NCBI GenBank assembly: GCA_012026655.1
Contig: JAAILG010000113.1
Location: forward strand, 1-64,000
Origin: Hydrolagus affinis
Lineage: Eukaryota
DNA: 64,000 nt
Direction of reading: 5' to 3'
The notes under the pieces: generated by a model
What the model saw: only the letters and a program-made list of their open reading frames with translations
What the model was told of the DNA's origin: nothing
Database searches by the model: none
Program-made: the position numbers and the translations under genes
In this document: one piece after another, positions 1 through 13,696 of the stretch
Layout: each line of letters opens with the position of its first letter
How positions within the stretch are numbered: position 1 is the stretch's first letter

Positions 1-109
1 GCTGTCTCTCTCACCCCCCACCCCTTGCATACCTGTATATTGTATTCGAGGACTGTGAATACAATATGGCGGCTTTGCATCTCGGTCTGTGCATTGTGTA
101 TAGAGATGA

Positions 110-267
110 GCATTCTGGGTTTTGTAGTTCAGTGTGGTCGCATATCGATTTTTACCTCGATATATCGGTTTTTCGATTTATCGATATTTTCAAAATCACC
201 ATATCGGCATATCGATTTGAAAATCATATCGGGTTTTAGCGAGATATCGAAAAATCGCCGGACCCTA
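110..267. mobile_element. Right end of a non-autonomous hAT-Ac-like DNA transposon/MITE
   Basis: Dense CGAT/ATCG subterminal repeats in a CpG-poor background, ending in ...CGGACCCTA (CCCTA terminus typical of hAT-Ac). The left end is not visible and is probably upstream of the window. Confidence 0.6.
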
Positions 268-1299
268 GTAATTATAGATGTCAATATTAAATGTCAATAT
301 TAAATAAAACACCAATTTAAGTCAAGGTTGCTCATATCTTACTCGATCTTTCATTCCTGGTAAGTCTTGCTTCAGTTCATTCTTCTGTGAGCATTTTTAT
401 GTTCACAGACAACATTACCTTGAAGCTCAAGTGAGTGATTGGTACTAAAGTCATTATTCTACATTGAAAATCATCCTATCAACCTATTAGAGGGTTTGGA
501 GGAGTAGGATGGTTGGATAAAATGATAGAAAGTATTATTGACTGCTGATTTTATCATTGGTATTTGAATTAACATGTTTAAATAGATTATTTCAGAGAAA
601 ACGTGATGCATACGTGAAGGAGAAAGGGTTGAGAGGAATAGAAAAGGAGGGGCTTGTGTGGCCACCTTGGTAATTGTTTGTAATTCTATGATTTTCATGG
701 ATGACCCAGATAATGTGCAAACACGCATATATGATGTGCTCTGTAGGCAGTGGAGAAAATGTGGGAGAAGTGGTCACTGTTATAATGTAGATTGGAGATG
801 AACTCTGCAAGTGGTAAATTTGCAAAATGAAAGAAAAACACAAGTAACTAGGACCTGCAGAAGACTCATTGATGGAGCAAATACAGGGAAAGATTGACAG
901 GTGACATTCAAACTGTAAAACATGCTTATGTCAGGGAGGGCTTGGGGGGTCTCTAGGATTTCTATCTTTTGGAAGATTCAGCGATGTTTTCATGGAATTA
1001 GGATATAATTTTAGGTGGCTTTCATATCTGAACCCAAATTCAATTAAAGTCCTCACAATAAGGACTTGTATCCTATTCAACAGTAAGTGACTTCACAGGC
1101 AAGTCCTTAATCTTATTATTTTCATCTCCAATATCCACACACAAGCACATTTCAATAACAATCAGGTCCTTTCTGGACCTTTCTCCAGCCAAGGTAAACT
1201 GAGGGCAATTGCAGCACCCTGGTTCAAAACCCTAGTTTGATCAGTCAACTCAACACCAGTCAAAATTTGTACCTAGAATCTTCTGATCTGCATATAATA

Positions 1300-1665
1300 C
1301 AATAATAATAATCTGTGCATTTGGTAAAGCGCCTTTCATGTCAGGAGAAAATGCCTGAAAGCGCTTTCCAGCGTATAATCATCATAATAACATTATCCCA
1401 CTATTTTGAGGATTTTTGGCTAAAACACCAGGAGGAAATCTCTTCTCTTTTCGAACAGTGCCATGGGATCTTTAATGTCCATCTGAACAGGCAAACATAC
1501 CTCAGTTTAATGTCTCATCCAAAGGATGGCGCCTCCAATAATACAACACCCTACTAGGGCTGCATTGGAGTGTCAGTTTAGACTATGTGAGTTCAAGTCC
1601 TGATGTGGGTTTGAACCCACAACCATCTGACTCAGTGGGGGAGTGCTACCACTTAGTCAAAATGA
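1300..1665 (-). mobile_element. Old DeuSINE-type element (SacSINE1/AmnSINE1-like)
   Basis: Reverse complement contains the CTGACACTCCAATGCAG, GATGAGACATTAAAC and AAAGATCCCATGGCAC motifs and a degraded tRNA-like head. Similar relics at ~4420-4650, 25340-25570, 27665-27850, 28720-29080, 37855-38280, 42420-42650 and 46810-47050. Confidence 0.7.
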
Positions 1666-2059
1666 CCAACTGCAAAGCAAAATGACTATGTATTTTCTGG
1701 GCAACTTTGGGTATAACAATGTCCCATGAATAGCTGTGAAGTGGAAGTCAAATTTTAATTGGGGTATTTTTGACCAGGACAATTGTTAGCTTAGACTAAA
1801 TAAGTGCTGAGTCACAACTTGGGACTTCACACACAATCTTCTGATTTAGAGGTGAAGTGGACTACCAATTAGGCCAACAACAACAACTTGCACTTGTACA
1901 GCACCCTCCACTCAGGTTAGCATCTCAGAGCACTTAACAATGGCAGAGGTTGACTACAAGCCCAGGGGAGAGGAGAGATGGCCTTAAGCATGGTCCAAGA
2001 GGAAAGTCTTCAGGCGAGACTTGATAGGAATAGATAAGGAAAAGAAGAGTGACAAGGAT

Positions 2060-2865
2060 GGAGTCTCGGGGTACCGCACAGGTGACTGGAAAGGGGTGGG
2101 AGGAGAAACCACTTGCTGAGATGAATTGGAGTCTGTAGGTTAAGTAGGACTAACACTATGGGAGTGCAGTCACACTAAGGTAGATGAGGGAGGAGAGCCG
2201 ATGGAGGAAGAAGTCGTGGTTGACTGTGTTGAACGCAGCAGAGAGATTCAGGAGAACTCGTAGGCAGAGGAAACCCTGGTCACAGATAGAGAGAATGTCA
2301 TTTATGACTTTAACAAGCACTGTTTCTGTGCTCTGGGCAGAGCAAAAACCAGACTGCAGGGGCTTGAGGAGGGAGTGGAGGGAGAAACGTGACCGAAGTT
2401 AATATGCAACAATGGGTTCTAGGACTTTGGCAATAAAGGAATATTGGTGACGGGACAGTAGTGTAAGAGATTAGAGGGATCGAGGGTGGTTTTTTGAGAA
2501 GGGTGTAATAGCAGTGGTTTTCAGGGGGAGTAGAACGGATTCTGAGGAGAGAGACTGGTTGAATCTGTCGGCCAGCATGGGAGAGAGAGGGGGCGTTCAG
2601 TGTGGGGCAGTTGGGTGGGGAGGGGGTCCAGGTAGCCGGTAGTGAACTTTATCCAGGTGATTGTGGTTGAGAGGGAGGAGGGAGAAATGGGGGCAAAGGA
2701 ATGTAAAGAGGGTAGAATGGTAGGAGCTGTGTCGGAGGGAGAAGGCGTTGTAGATGGTCTGGGTGAGGTGGGAGGGGACAGAGTGGGGGTGGAGGACGAT
2801 GCAGCCAAGTGAATGTTTTCAACTTTTGAGGTGAAGAAGTCTAGGATCTCTTTTAAGCCAGGCTG
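2060..2865 (-). mobile_element. L2 LINE ORF2 internal relic
   Basis: Minus-strand translation gives FFTSKVENI...LDPLPTQL, followed by degraded N-terminal RT motifs. The purine-rich + strand is typical of antisense L2. Confidence 0.75.
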
Positions 2866-3837
2866 TATGGATGAGCACTGCATAGTGCAGTGAGTTTGCT
2901 CACTGTGCCTTCAGTGAAACCTTGTTCTTCATTTGGTTCACTCTAAGTAATGGAATTCTGTCAGCTGTACTTTGCATTAAACACAAAGCGAAGCTCATCA
3001 TGCCAAGAGACTCATTTGTCATAACAATAGTGCAGCTCATTCAGTATTAGAGAAGCAATTTGTCACAACAATTCCAGGTGGATGTCCTTTGGGAATCCAG
3101 ACAGGCTGTAATTGTACTGACAAAAACTACAATGTCACAGGCAACACAAAGACACAACAATTGATTTGGAGAACACAAGCAGCTCTCATTTCTTCAAAAC
3201 TGAATTGAACTGCGCCACTTACAAGCACTCTTCCATCATCATCATCATCATCATCCCAAAGCTCACCAATTTTTCATTGGGGAAAATAGATTTGTTTCTT
3301 CCCCCTAAAGTCCATTCCTTCTACTCTCAGCTCAGACAGGAATGCTTGAATAAGGAGGTCCACGTCATACGTTAAATGTTTACAGATGCAATGAGTGTGT
3401 TCTAACTTGACTGGAGTTCAAATAAATTATGGGATTTGCTGGTGAGAATCCATGGAGAACATGTATTTTGCCAGACAGATTTTCAATAGAAAGTGATTGA
3501 CCGTGAGTTGAAGGCAGTCTTTTGACTGTTTTAGGTTTCTTCAGGCAAAGATTATCAACAGTGCATCCCTTGGGCTCCCATTTGTTTTCAAACAGAAACT
3601 AACTTTCAAGATAACCCTTATCATTACACTGTTAGACATTTGGGGATCAAAAGTTCTCATTCATCTTTAGCAGCAGAGTAAAGATAAACTGAAGCCCAAG
3701 AAAAGGATCAACATGCTCATAAAGTCATCAGCGTAATCTTAGAAGAAAGAGAAAGAACTGACAAGTTTATATTGAATGATGTTACACAGTGAACAATGGA
3801 TGCCTGGAATGGACTACCCAAGGAGACAAATCATGCC

Positions 3838-4110
3838 CCCAAGTTACAGAGCAGCAAGTTTGATGTCCATTGTGGGTAAATTTATGGAGCATCTGGTCAG
3901 AAATAAAATCATAAATGATAGTCAATATGGGTTCATGAAGGGAAAATCTTGCCAATCTAATGTACTGATTTTCTTTGACAATGTGACAAGGAAGCTTGAT
4001 AAGTAGAAAGCTGTGGATCTTGTATATCTGCATTTCAATAAGGTCTTTGATACAGCTCCTCTTGGGAGGCTGGTACTGAAAGTAAAAAAAAAGTGGGAAT
4101 CAGTGGAGGT
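3838..4110 (+). mobile_element. CR1 LINE reverse transcriptase fragment
   Basis: Translation SYRAASLMSIVGKFME...SQYGFMKGKSCQSNVLIFFD, then VDLVYLHFNKVFD, matches CR1 RT domains. Interrupted by stop codons. Confidence 0.85.
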
Positions 4111-5208
4111 ATATTACAATGGATATGCAATTGGTTGACCCAGAGATTAATCTAGAGGGTGGTGTTACAGGGAATGTCATCAGATTGGGGATATGTTACC
4201 AGTGGACATTGGTCTTTTTTCGTCTATCATTTCTTATGTTAAGTTCAAAGAATGAATTTGCATTTATCCAGTGTCTTATAAAGGCAAAACCTCTCAAAGT
4301 GGATCACAAATAATTATCATGCAGTGACCATTTTTAGACTATCTTAACAGATGTTTGTGCTTTCAAGATTCTACAAACTGCAATGGGATGTATAATCAAT
4401 TAGTCTGCAGGTTTGTTCACTGGGAGACCAGGAGAAATTCCATTTGCTCCTCAAACAAAATGCCATTGATATTTGGTGTCCACCTTTACAATAGGCAGAC
4501 TGGACTTCCTTAGTTTAATGTCTTCCTCAAACAATATAACACTATTTGCAGTATAGCACTGGATACCAAGACTCTGACCTCAAATCCTGATGTGAAGTGT
4601 GAACACACAACCCTTTGACCCAAAGATGAGAGTGTTTGCAACTGAGGCAAAATAGAAACACACAACTCAGAAGGAATTGGTTAGCTGTTTGGAGAGGAAA
4701 TTGATTCAGAGAATGAGAGATAAAGTAATATAGGATTATTTTGTTACTTTGGATCTGGCCGGATGAATTGCAATGGATTTTCCCGATCCTGCTCTATGTT
4801 CTGGAAATAGTGAAGTGCTATGATCCAAAACCTTATTTTCAAAATGTGAAATCAGTTTCAACTCAACAACAACAGTAACAAAATTACATTTGTATAGCGC
4901 CTTTCATTTTGGAAGTAATCAGGCTTGCACATTACAGTATGGGGAAGAGCAAGGTGCTAGGTGATGGGCTGCCTAGCAGTTTCAGGATTGTGCATCAGAT
5001 TACATGTAACAGTGTGGTTTACACGCACTCCCAGTTGGAAAGGACCAAACATCTACTCAAAGCTTCAGTGCAGTATCCAGGAGCATGGAGATAAAGTGGA
5101 AGATGGGGGAAAGCATGAGTTTAATCCATTACTTTATGGCATGGGGTTGGAAATCTATCCACGGCATTACCATGTCACTACTTAACATATAAGTCAAAGT
5201 ACTCTGGA

Positions 5209-5575
5209 GGAGTCCTGTAGAATAGTGATTAGAGCACTCGACTCATAAGCGAGAGGACCCTGGTTCGATTCCGGGGCAGGACACACCTTAGGTAAGTTTC
5301 CCTACACCACATACCTCTGTTTACCTAGCATTAAGTAGGAACTTGGTCGTTAGCTGATTGGCAAATCACTTTCTGGGGGTAATCCCTTTAAAAGGAATAA
5401 TAATAACTGGTCACTTGATCCATGACTGTTTGGGGAACTTCCTGTCGCAATTGGCTGCCAAGTTTTGCCCACAAAATATACAGTCAATTCACTTTCAAAA
5501 TATTATGTGAAGCACTTTGAGATGTCTTGAAGACGTGATAAGGCACTACATCAAATGCAAGGATTATCATTATTA
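5209..5575 (+). mobile_element. tRNA-derived SINE, long subfamily (Deu-like 3' domain, L2-like tail)
   Basis: tRNA-like head with B box GGTTCGATTCC, a central segment, a TGTTTG.GG.AAC...AATTGGCTGCC domain and a tail GGCACTACATCAAATGCAAGG(ATT)n. Confidence 0.85.
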
Positions 5576-5830
5576 ATAAAGGTTAGAAATAGACAATAAA
5601 ATAAAATGTAAAGCTTAAATAATTTGGTTTGACTTTAGAAATCACACCGATCCTTCCGTTTGATGTTTTATAATTATGAATCATTCACAAAACACTTTGT
5701 GGGATTTGAATTTACATTTGGGATTGATAAATTGTGCATTTCTGTTCACATTCAACAGTCAGTTGAAACTGACTCCTAAGCCTTGCTCACTCTCTCGTGC
5801 TTAATTGCCTATTTTCTTTGTGACTCATAG

Positions 5831-5934
5831 CCAAGGACAAGAGTGAGAAGAATTTTGCCATGGCCTTTGTCAGATTAATGAAAAATGATGGGACAACCCT
5901 GCAGGACGGCATTCATGAACTGCTGGTGTATAAG
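5831..5934 (+). CDS. DOCK2: DOCK2 internal exon (~human exon 17), DHR-1 region: [34 protein letters not shown]
   Basis: tag|CC acceptor and AAG|gtac donor, 104 nt. The peptide matches DOCK1/2/5 DHR-1 and is in phase with the next exon. Confidence 0.93.
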
Positions 5935-6424
5935 GTACTCAAACATTGTTTTATTTACTCCTGCTCTGAAATATTTTAAGAATGAAAATTATGTTATAGC
6001 CACCTTGATGCCTGCGAACCTTACCACACATTAGTTGCTCACTGTTTTATATTGTCTACAAAGCAGTGAGTTGTATTTTTAAACACTTTCTAAACAAGAT
6101 GAGGGATGTTCAGAGTGAGAAGCAGTTTATCATGTCTAACTCCCAGAGACAGTGAAATACACCGTGTCAGGTGAAGCATAGGTTAGATGCCTGGTCAACA
6201 ATGCCCCAGATAAATTTGGTCATTCACCTCACGTTTGGAAGTCATTGTTCCGTGTAACTTGGCTGTCATGTTCGCCTACAAAATACACAGTTACTACATT
6301 TTTCAAAACCTGGGAGTTAAACGATTGGTGGATCACTTTGACTGGGGCTAATTAATTCCTTGAAAAAATAAAAATAAATTAACTGCAGTGTTTTGCCCAC
6401 AAAATGTACAGTGAATTCATTTTA

Positions 6425-6732
6425 TAATAGTAATAATATTTGAATTTGATATAGCGCTTTTTGCATCTTCTCAGAGCTCATCTCAAAGCTCTTCACAGAA
6501 TATAGTGTGAAGTGAATTGACTGTATATTTGTGGGCGACACACGGCAGCTAATCGCACACAGCAGTGTCCCACAAATAGTGATTGGTTGAAGTGAGCAAT
6601 TAATTTTTTTTTCTTTTGAGGGATTATTATCAGGTGTGTGGAGTAAGGAAACTTTCCCAAGATTTTGCCCTGCCGAGAATTGAATGCAGATTTCTCGCTT
6701 GCGAGGCGAGTGCCACTAAGCTACAGGACTCC
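6425..6732 (-). mobile_element. tRNA-derived SINE, short subfamily, nested in older SINEs
   Basis: Full head (GGAGTCCTGTAGCT on the minus strand) through to the tail. It splits a + strand SINE at 6309-6424 / 6733-6820. Confidence 0.85.
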
Positions 6733-7738
6733 ACAGTATATTCTGTGACGCGCTTTGAGATGTCTCAGAGACATGATGCTATATCTATCAAGTGCAAGGA
6801 TTATTATTTTTTATTATTTTAAAAATAAATCCTGTGAAGCTTTTTGAAACATCTTGAGGATGAAACATAGTGATGAGGTGCTACATCAAAGATGATTATT
6901 GTTTAAAACAATAAAAGGCTTTAATAGTTTAAATAGTGGTGACGGTTCTTGTTTAGTTGAAGGATCAATTCCATTTGGCAACATTTTAAAATTAGAATCA
7001 AGACGGTTAGACCTGAGGTGAGGAAGCATTTCTTTACACAGCAGATTGTGAAGATGTGGAATTATCTGTCCTCAAAAATCTGTAGAGGTGAATAGGGATG
7101 TTTAAAAGGGCGATAAGACATATACAGTACTTGGGTATTAAGAGATATTAAGGGATATAGTGAATAGGATTAAAAGATTTGTCAAAATCTAATAAACAGG
7201 TTTAATGGGCCGACTTGCCCCTTCCTGTTCCTATTTTCCTCTGTTCCTATGTTATTTGATTAAATAAGTTCCGATTTAATAACAATTTCTTCTAAAACCC
7301 TTTGGACCATTTCGCCATTATAGGTGCTATATCAAATAGATTGTTTTATTTTTTCTTTGGATAAATTCGAACACAGCTGTGGAAACACTACTTCAGTGAG
7401 CGAGTAGTAAATTTATGGACCAGGCTCCCTAGGGAGACAGTGAAAGCAGATAATGTCATTTGTTTCAAGAACATATTACAGTAGATAGATTTATGTTAGA
7501 AAATAATATCTTGGGATACGGTTATACAGTTTGGGACACAAAATGTCAAGCGACTACCAAGGTGGTGGAAGACGAATGAGATGGACCTTGGTTTTCTTTC
7601 ATCGAACAATCTCTTATGTTCTTAAATGGTGCATAATTAACTATTGAATTTAAGGAGCCCTTTTCTACTTTCCTTTTAGAAAATAAACAGAATTTTATCT
7701 TGCATGTCACACAAATCCTTTCGCTTGGCTGGTTTCAG

Positions 7739-7925
7739 GGCGACAGTAAGAAGATGGAGGAGGCAAGAATCTACACGAAGCTGATGCCCACTCGCCCAAA
7801 CTCAGATTACAAAGGGGCCACCCTGAGCCGTGCTAACAGCACTCTCGCAGGTGGCCTGTCCAACAGCTCTCGCGACATCTTCTCGATCGCAACGCTCGTC
7901 TGTTCCACTAAACTTACCCAGAACG
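7739..7925 (+). CDS. DOCK2: DOCK2 exon (~exon 18): [12 protein letters not shown]...GATLSRANS...[18 protein letters not shown]
   Basis: cag|GG acceptor and G|gtaaa donor, 187 nt. GDSKKME, GATLSR and STKLTQN resemble DOCK2 specifically. Confidence 0.95.
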
Positions 7926-9445
7926 GTAAACCATATAGACGCTTTGTATTCTATACAGTCATACAATATGATGGCATAATCCTAATATTGGAGCTAGGCC
8001 ATTTAGGAGCAAAACTAGAAGGCACTTTTTCACCCAAAAGATAGTGGAAATCTGGAATTCTCTTCCCCCAAAAGGCTGGATCCATTCACATTTTCGAGAC
8101 CGAGGTGGGTAGATATTTGTTAGGTCAGCGTATTAGGGATATGGGTCAAGGGCAGGTAACTGGATTTAAATTACAGATCAGCCATGATCTGATAAAATGG
8201 CAGAATAGGTTGGAGGGGCTGAAGAGATTATTCCGTTTCTATGCTTCTGTGTTTCTAGAAACATGCCATGCGGCAAATAAAGTTAGTCTTTATCTTCACC
8301 TGAGCTACCCAGTCCAATTTCTCTCGTCTGCACGCTCCCCATATCTTTAATATCATCTTCTTTCGTTTGGAGTGTTTGTGAATCACATTTCAATCACACT
8401 ATCACACACTATCACACTAACTGCGCTTTACAAAAGTTGTCAAATTTGCAATGTTTGTGAAAGGGGTAGGAAATGACCTAGGAAAAAAAAGGAGGCAATG
8501 CTTTTTTAAAACGTTTGAAGAGCCCCATCATTTTACAATCATCCATTCATTTAACCACAAAATATAGAGTCAATTCACTTTACAGTATATTCTGTGGAGA
8601 GCTATGAGACATCTCGAAGACGTGATAAGGCGCTCTATCAAATGCAAAGATTATTATTATTGTTATTTCTCTTTACATGGCCTTTGGCTTCATCACTTGG
8701 ACAACTTACGGAAATTTGCCATTTCCAATATAGACTCAAATTGTTAAAATAAATAATCCTTACATTTGATCCATCACAGTACTTTCACCTGGCGTTGTGG
8801 CCAGGACATCGGGAGAAACTTCCTTCTCCTTTTAAATAGTGCTCAGAGGCCTTTGATTATAAATATCTGCACCACTGTTTTGTAGCAATTCTCCAGTGAG
8901 CTATTCAATTTAGATGCGTTGTCTATCCAAATGTAACAGATATTCTTCTCTCATCACTCGTCAGTTGGTTGCCTGATTGAAAGACAGGAGTGACGATAGC
9001 CTTGGATTCCAAAGGGAAATGCATAAAGCAGCAGTGTTTGCATTAATTCCTATAACTTAATGCTGTACGTTTATGGTGTTGTTGTTGTTGTCACTTGACA
9101 GGAGAGAAACCCAAAGGAACAGTTCAGTCTAGCAGCTCAACCAACCTCTGATGCCGGGTGTATAGTCTTTTGTTTTAGAACGACATGACTGACTAGGCTT
9201 TACAGCAATTTATTCTTTGGAAATTCCTACACTACATAAGAAAGGAGATTGTTTATAAATTGCATATTATACAATCATAGAAATTGCAGCACAGAATGAG
9301 GTCGTTCAGCTCAAGCTGGTGCTTACTTCAACTCTGGCGTTATTTATTCAGGTCCCAATCTTTTGCTTGTTCCCCCCCACATTCTTTTATATTATTCCTC
9401 CTCATTTGTTTATTCGCTCGCCTTTCAAATATTGTTTTATGGCAA

Positions 9446-9767
9446 TAATAATATAATTCCTTGCATTTTGATCTAGTGCTTTTCACGTCTTCTAGACGTC
9501 TCAAAGCGCTGCACAGAATATACTGTAACGTGAATTGACTGTATATTTGTGGGCAAAACGCGGCAGCAAATTGCACATAGCAGTGTCCCACAAATAGTCG
9601 TGGATTGGAAACGACCAATTTATTATAGGTTTTTTTTTGGGAGGGATTATTATTAGGTGTGTGGAGTAAGGAAACTTGCCCAAGGTTTCGTCCTGACATA
9701 CCTGGATTTGAAACACCGATCTCATGTTTGTAAGGCGAGTGCTGTAAACACTGAGCTACAGGACTCC
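9446..9767 (-). mobile_element. tRNA-derived SINE, short subfamily
   Basis: Head-to-tail match to the other copies. Confidence 0.85.
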
Positions 9768-10691
9768 ACAATGGCAACTAATAGCATAATTATTTGCTAT
9801 AATAATTTATTATGTTATAATAATAATCCTTGCATTTGATATGGCGCCTTATTACGTCTTTGAGGCATCTCAAAGCACTTCACAGATTATACTGTAAAGT
9901 GAATTGATTGTATATTTTGATTGTAATAATTATTTGAATGAAATGTGTATCATCTCCCCATTATCATACCTTCAGATGTACCAAGACAGAAAAATATGGA
10001 GGCTAAGGTTAGAGGTTCTGAAGGGCGATTTCAGGATAGAAGCCAGACAGTTTTTGTTTGCTCAGAAGTAAATTAACAACTGGAATGGCTTATAAGAACA
10101 ATGATTGAGGCCAGGATACTGAAATCATTTAGAAAAGCAGCTTGACGATGGGAAGATGGTAGAGTGGATCAATACAATATGAAATTACATTTGTATAGTG
10201 GCTTTCACATTGGAATGCTGTCCCTAGTTACTGGATGTCAGGGAATTGGATCTGAGCTGCGGGTTGGGATTGGGAGAGTTGAGGGCATGGAGGGTAGGAG
10301 GGTAGCCAAAGACACTGTCGAAGAGGACAAACTTGAAATGGGTCTTGAAGGAGGCAAGTGAGGGGCCGAGTGAGTCACTTTCAATTGATAATTGAAAGTT
10401 CAGGTGGATCTTGGAAAAGGGGAGAGAAGGGGCAAGGTGGAGAGACCAAGGGAGCATGTGCCAGAGGTAATGCCAGTGTGTGTTTGCCAGTGATTGAATC
10501 TTATTATCGAAAAAGATTTGCACAAATCAAAGAGAGGAGGCAGTACTCTGCCTGAATTTCTGCATGTTGCACTGGTTTGTGTGACCAATACTGTTAGTCA
10601 ATGTCAAGTATCGGTGATGAATACTTGAGAAGTAAGTATATTAAGGGGTATGAAGAAAAAGTGGAAAATGGGATTAAGGGATCTGCCATGA

Positions 10692-10931
<240 letters not shown>

Positions 10932-11074
10932 TGAGGTAATTTGCTGAATCCGAGGAAAAATCATCACGTTTAATATCATGTTTTTTACATCGTGCAAATT
11001 AACTGCTGTGGTCACAAAGAAATACACAGTCACTACACATTACACTGATAGTTATTGATTCAGACCCGAGGTAT

Positions 11075-11555
11075 AGGGGTGGGAAGAGTTGCCGATGGGT
11101 CCATCGAAGAGAAGAATCTTGAGGAGAGACTTGAAGGAGGCCAGGGAGGGGGCGAGGTGGAAGGACTTTGGGATGGAGTTCCAGAGGTTGGGGGCAGAGT
11201 GGCTGAAACTGGAAATGAAATCTCGGGCGATGGGTTGGGGGACATGGAGTGGGGCAGAGCCTGCTGAGCAGAGTGGGCGGGCGGGTTGGTAGAGGGATAG
11301 GAGGTCATGGATGTAGGGTGGGGCAAGGTCGTGGAGGGCATTAAATGTGAGGAACCAGGATCTTGAATTGGATCCTTTGGATGATGGGGAGCCAAAGGCG
11401 TCGGGCAAGGATGGGGAAGTTTGGAATGGTAGAGGACACGGGCTGCAGAGTTCTGGATTATGTGCAGCCTGTACAGGGAGGAATTGGGAAGGCCGACCAG
11501 CAAGGCATTTGAATAATCGAGCTGGGATGTAATGAGGGCGTGGATGAGGGTTTCA
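11075..11555 (-). mobile_element. L2 LINE 3' fragment
   Basis: Minus-strand peptides IQNSAARVL, LTFNALHDLAPPYI and APNLWNSIP...FKSLLK are the L2 ORF2 C-terminus. Confidence 0.85.
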
Positions 11556-12107
11556 ACACCGGCTGCATTGCTAGAAGTGCTATCTTGCTGGTAAATTGCT
11601 AATCTGATGTCTTGTCTCCCTGTTCATGTGGTTGGTAATTAAACTAATGTAAAAGAGCATAAAGTTTCTCCCAGTATCTTGGCCAACAATCCTTCAGATA
11701 AATTCTTTGTTCACCTCATGGCTCTTTATGGAACATTACTGTGTTCAAATGGTCTCTGCACTTGCCTACGGTAATTTCCTGTGAAGCATTTGGAGACATT
11801 TTAACATAATAAGGCACTTTAGAAATTCAATTATTTCTTTAATTTCAACATGACGTTTCCACATGAAATGATAACTGCAGATTCCTCGGTGCATTTAGTA
11901 TTTCCAACTCACAAATTGTATGCGGTTCTGATCTTTAAAACATAGTTAAGAGTTATTCCACATGGCATTACATCCCTCCAGTTCACTAAGCACAAAGGAA
12001 GTATGGCCATTCAGTTTATGGCTGCTTGTGGGACAATTGGCTATTGCGCGAATTGCAGTATGAAAATAAATCTGTTCAGTGTCTCATCTGTAACCTTACC
12101 TTTACAG

Positions 12108-12197
12108 TTCCTGCAGGACACACTGGATGCACTGTTCAACATCATGATGGACCATTCCCACACTGACAAGTATGACATTCTGGTCTTCGATGCTTTG
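12108..12197 (+). CDS. DOCK2: DOCK2 exon (~exon 20): [30 protein letters not shown]
   Basis: cag|TT acceptor and TTG|gtgagg donor, 90 nt, phase 0/0. Confidence 0.96.
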
Positions 12198-13156
12198 GTG
12201 AGGACAAGATTTCATTTCCAGTTTCATTAACAATATTGCAGTGAAAAATTAACACAGATTGTTAAATCCCATTGGCATGGGCCAAGGCTTGGGGACCGCA
12301 AAATGTTCATTGGGGTGCTGCTGGATTCCAACCAGCTAAATCTGCATAGCTTGCCATTGATATTGCTGTCTGGCAAGCTTCCCTGCTGCTTGTCCAGGTA
12401 GGACCACCCTACCCATTAGAGGTTGGCTTGAAGGGTGTTAACAGTAGCTGATTGGGATGACACCTTGCCTCCCCAGTGACGGGTCTGCCCATCCAGGTCC
12501 TGCCGGCTGGCCGTGCTGTCATCAGGAAGCACATGGAGTCCTAGTTACAGGCGGAGAGCGTGTCATCTGTGACTTTGACCAGAGCTATCTCGGCGCTCCG
12601 GGCATAGACATTTTATTCCAAATTAAAAAATTATTCAAAACACAGTAGGAGCTTAAATAAATGTAAGCAATAACAATGATGAGTGGATGCATCTTTTTGT
12701 CCCAATCTGCCAACTGTTTAAGCTTGTCAAATGTGATGTTCTTGGATAGGACTGGCTACAGATGCTGCTGCTTGTGTGCACTTCAGATGACATGCATTCA
12801 GAGAAAGAAAAACAGAGGACTGCAGTTGCATGACTAAAAAAACAAAGCCTCAAGTGTTTTTCCAATAAAACCGCTGACAGTCTATTAGTGGACACCTCAG
12901 TAAAACACACACACAGGTCTGTGCGAATAAAGCTCTCCTGATAGCACAGGTTTCAGCAACACAAACATGCCCACAGTATGTTTAAAACAGATAACTGGAG
13001 CATCTCGCCCCAATATCTCAGTTAATGAAAACTCCAGCAAGCTTTCTTAAGAGCCTATAGGTCAGTCTTAGCATAAGCTTCTCATTACATACCATGGCAG
13101 AAACAGGGATTTCACAAGTGGAGCAATAGTGATTGCATTCACTAAACTATCCTTTG

Positions 13157-13696
13157 ACCAGGCTTCGCAACCACATCACTCCCACCCTCGCTCGTCTCCA
13201 CTGGCTCCCCATTATCCAGAGGATCAAATTCAAGATCTTTGTCCTCACTTTCAAGGCCATTCACGGCCTTGCCCCCACCTATTTCTCTGACCTACTGTCT
13301 CCCTACCAGCCTGTGCCGGCACCCTCCGTTCAGCAGACTCAGGCCTGCTCCGCGTCCACCATCTTAACTGCCCAACTATCGGCGGCCAGGCTTTCAGCCT
13401 CTCTGCTCCCACACTGGGGAACTCCATCCCGCAGCCCCTCCCTCTCGCTTCCCCCCTTTCCTCCTTCAAGGCCGGTCTCAAGACCTTCCTCTTCGACCGT
13501 GCCTTCGGCTGCCCCACTAACTCTTCCCCCTCTCCCACTCTCCTTCCCCTTCCCCCTACTTCGACCCTCCCCCACCCTCACCCCAACCCCCCCCTCTCTC
13601 CCTGCCCCGCTTGGGTCCTGACCAGACTGTTCAGCGCTTTGGGTCATCTTCCCGACATGAAAGGCGCTATATAAGTGCAATTTTGTTGTTATTGTT
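13157..13696 (+). mobile_element. L2 LINE 3' end, 5'-truncated
   Basis: HITPTLARLHWLPIIQRIKFKI...FKAIHGLAP, a C-rich 3' UTR, and a tail GAAAGGCGCTATATAAGTGCAA followed by (TTG)n. Confidence 0.9.

Noticed and set aside
327-365. Possible upstream DOCK2 exon ending CTG|gtaagt
   Set aside because: The translation lacks the expected HLRF.FRHRSS motif and there is no convincing acceptor.
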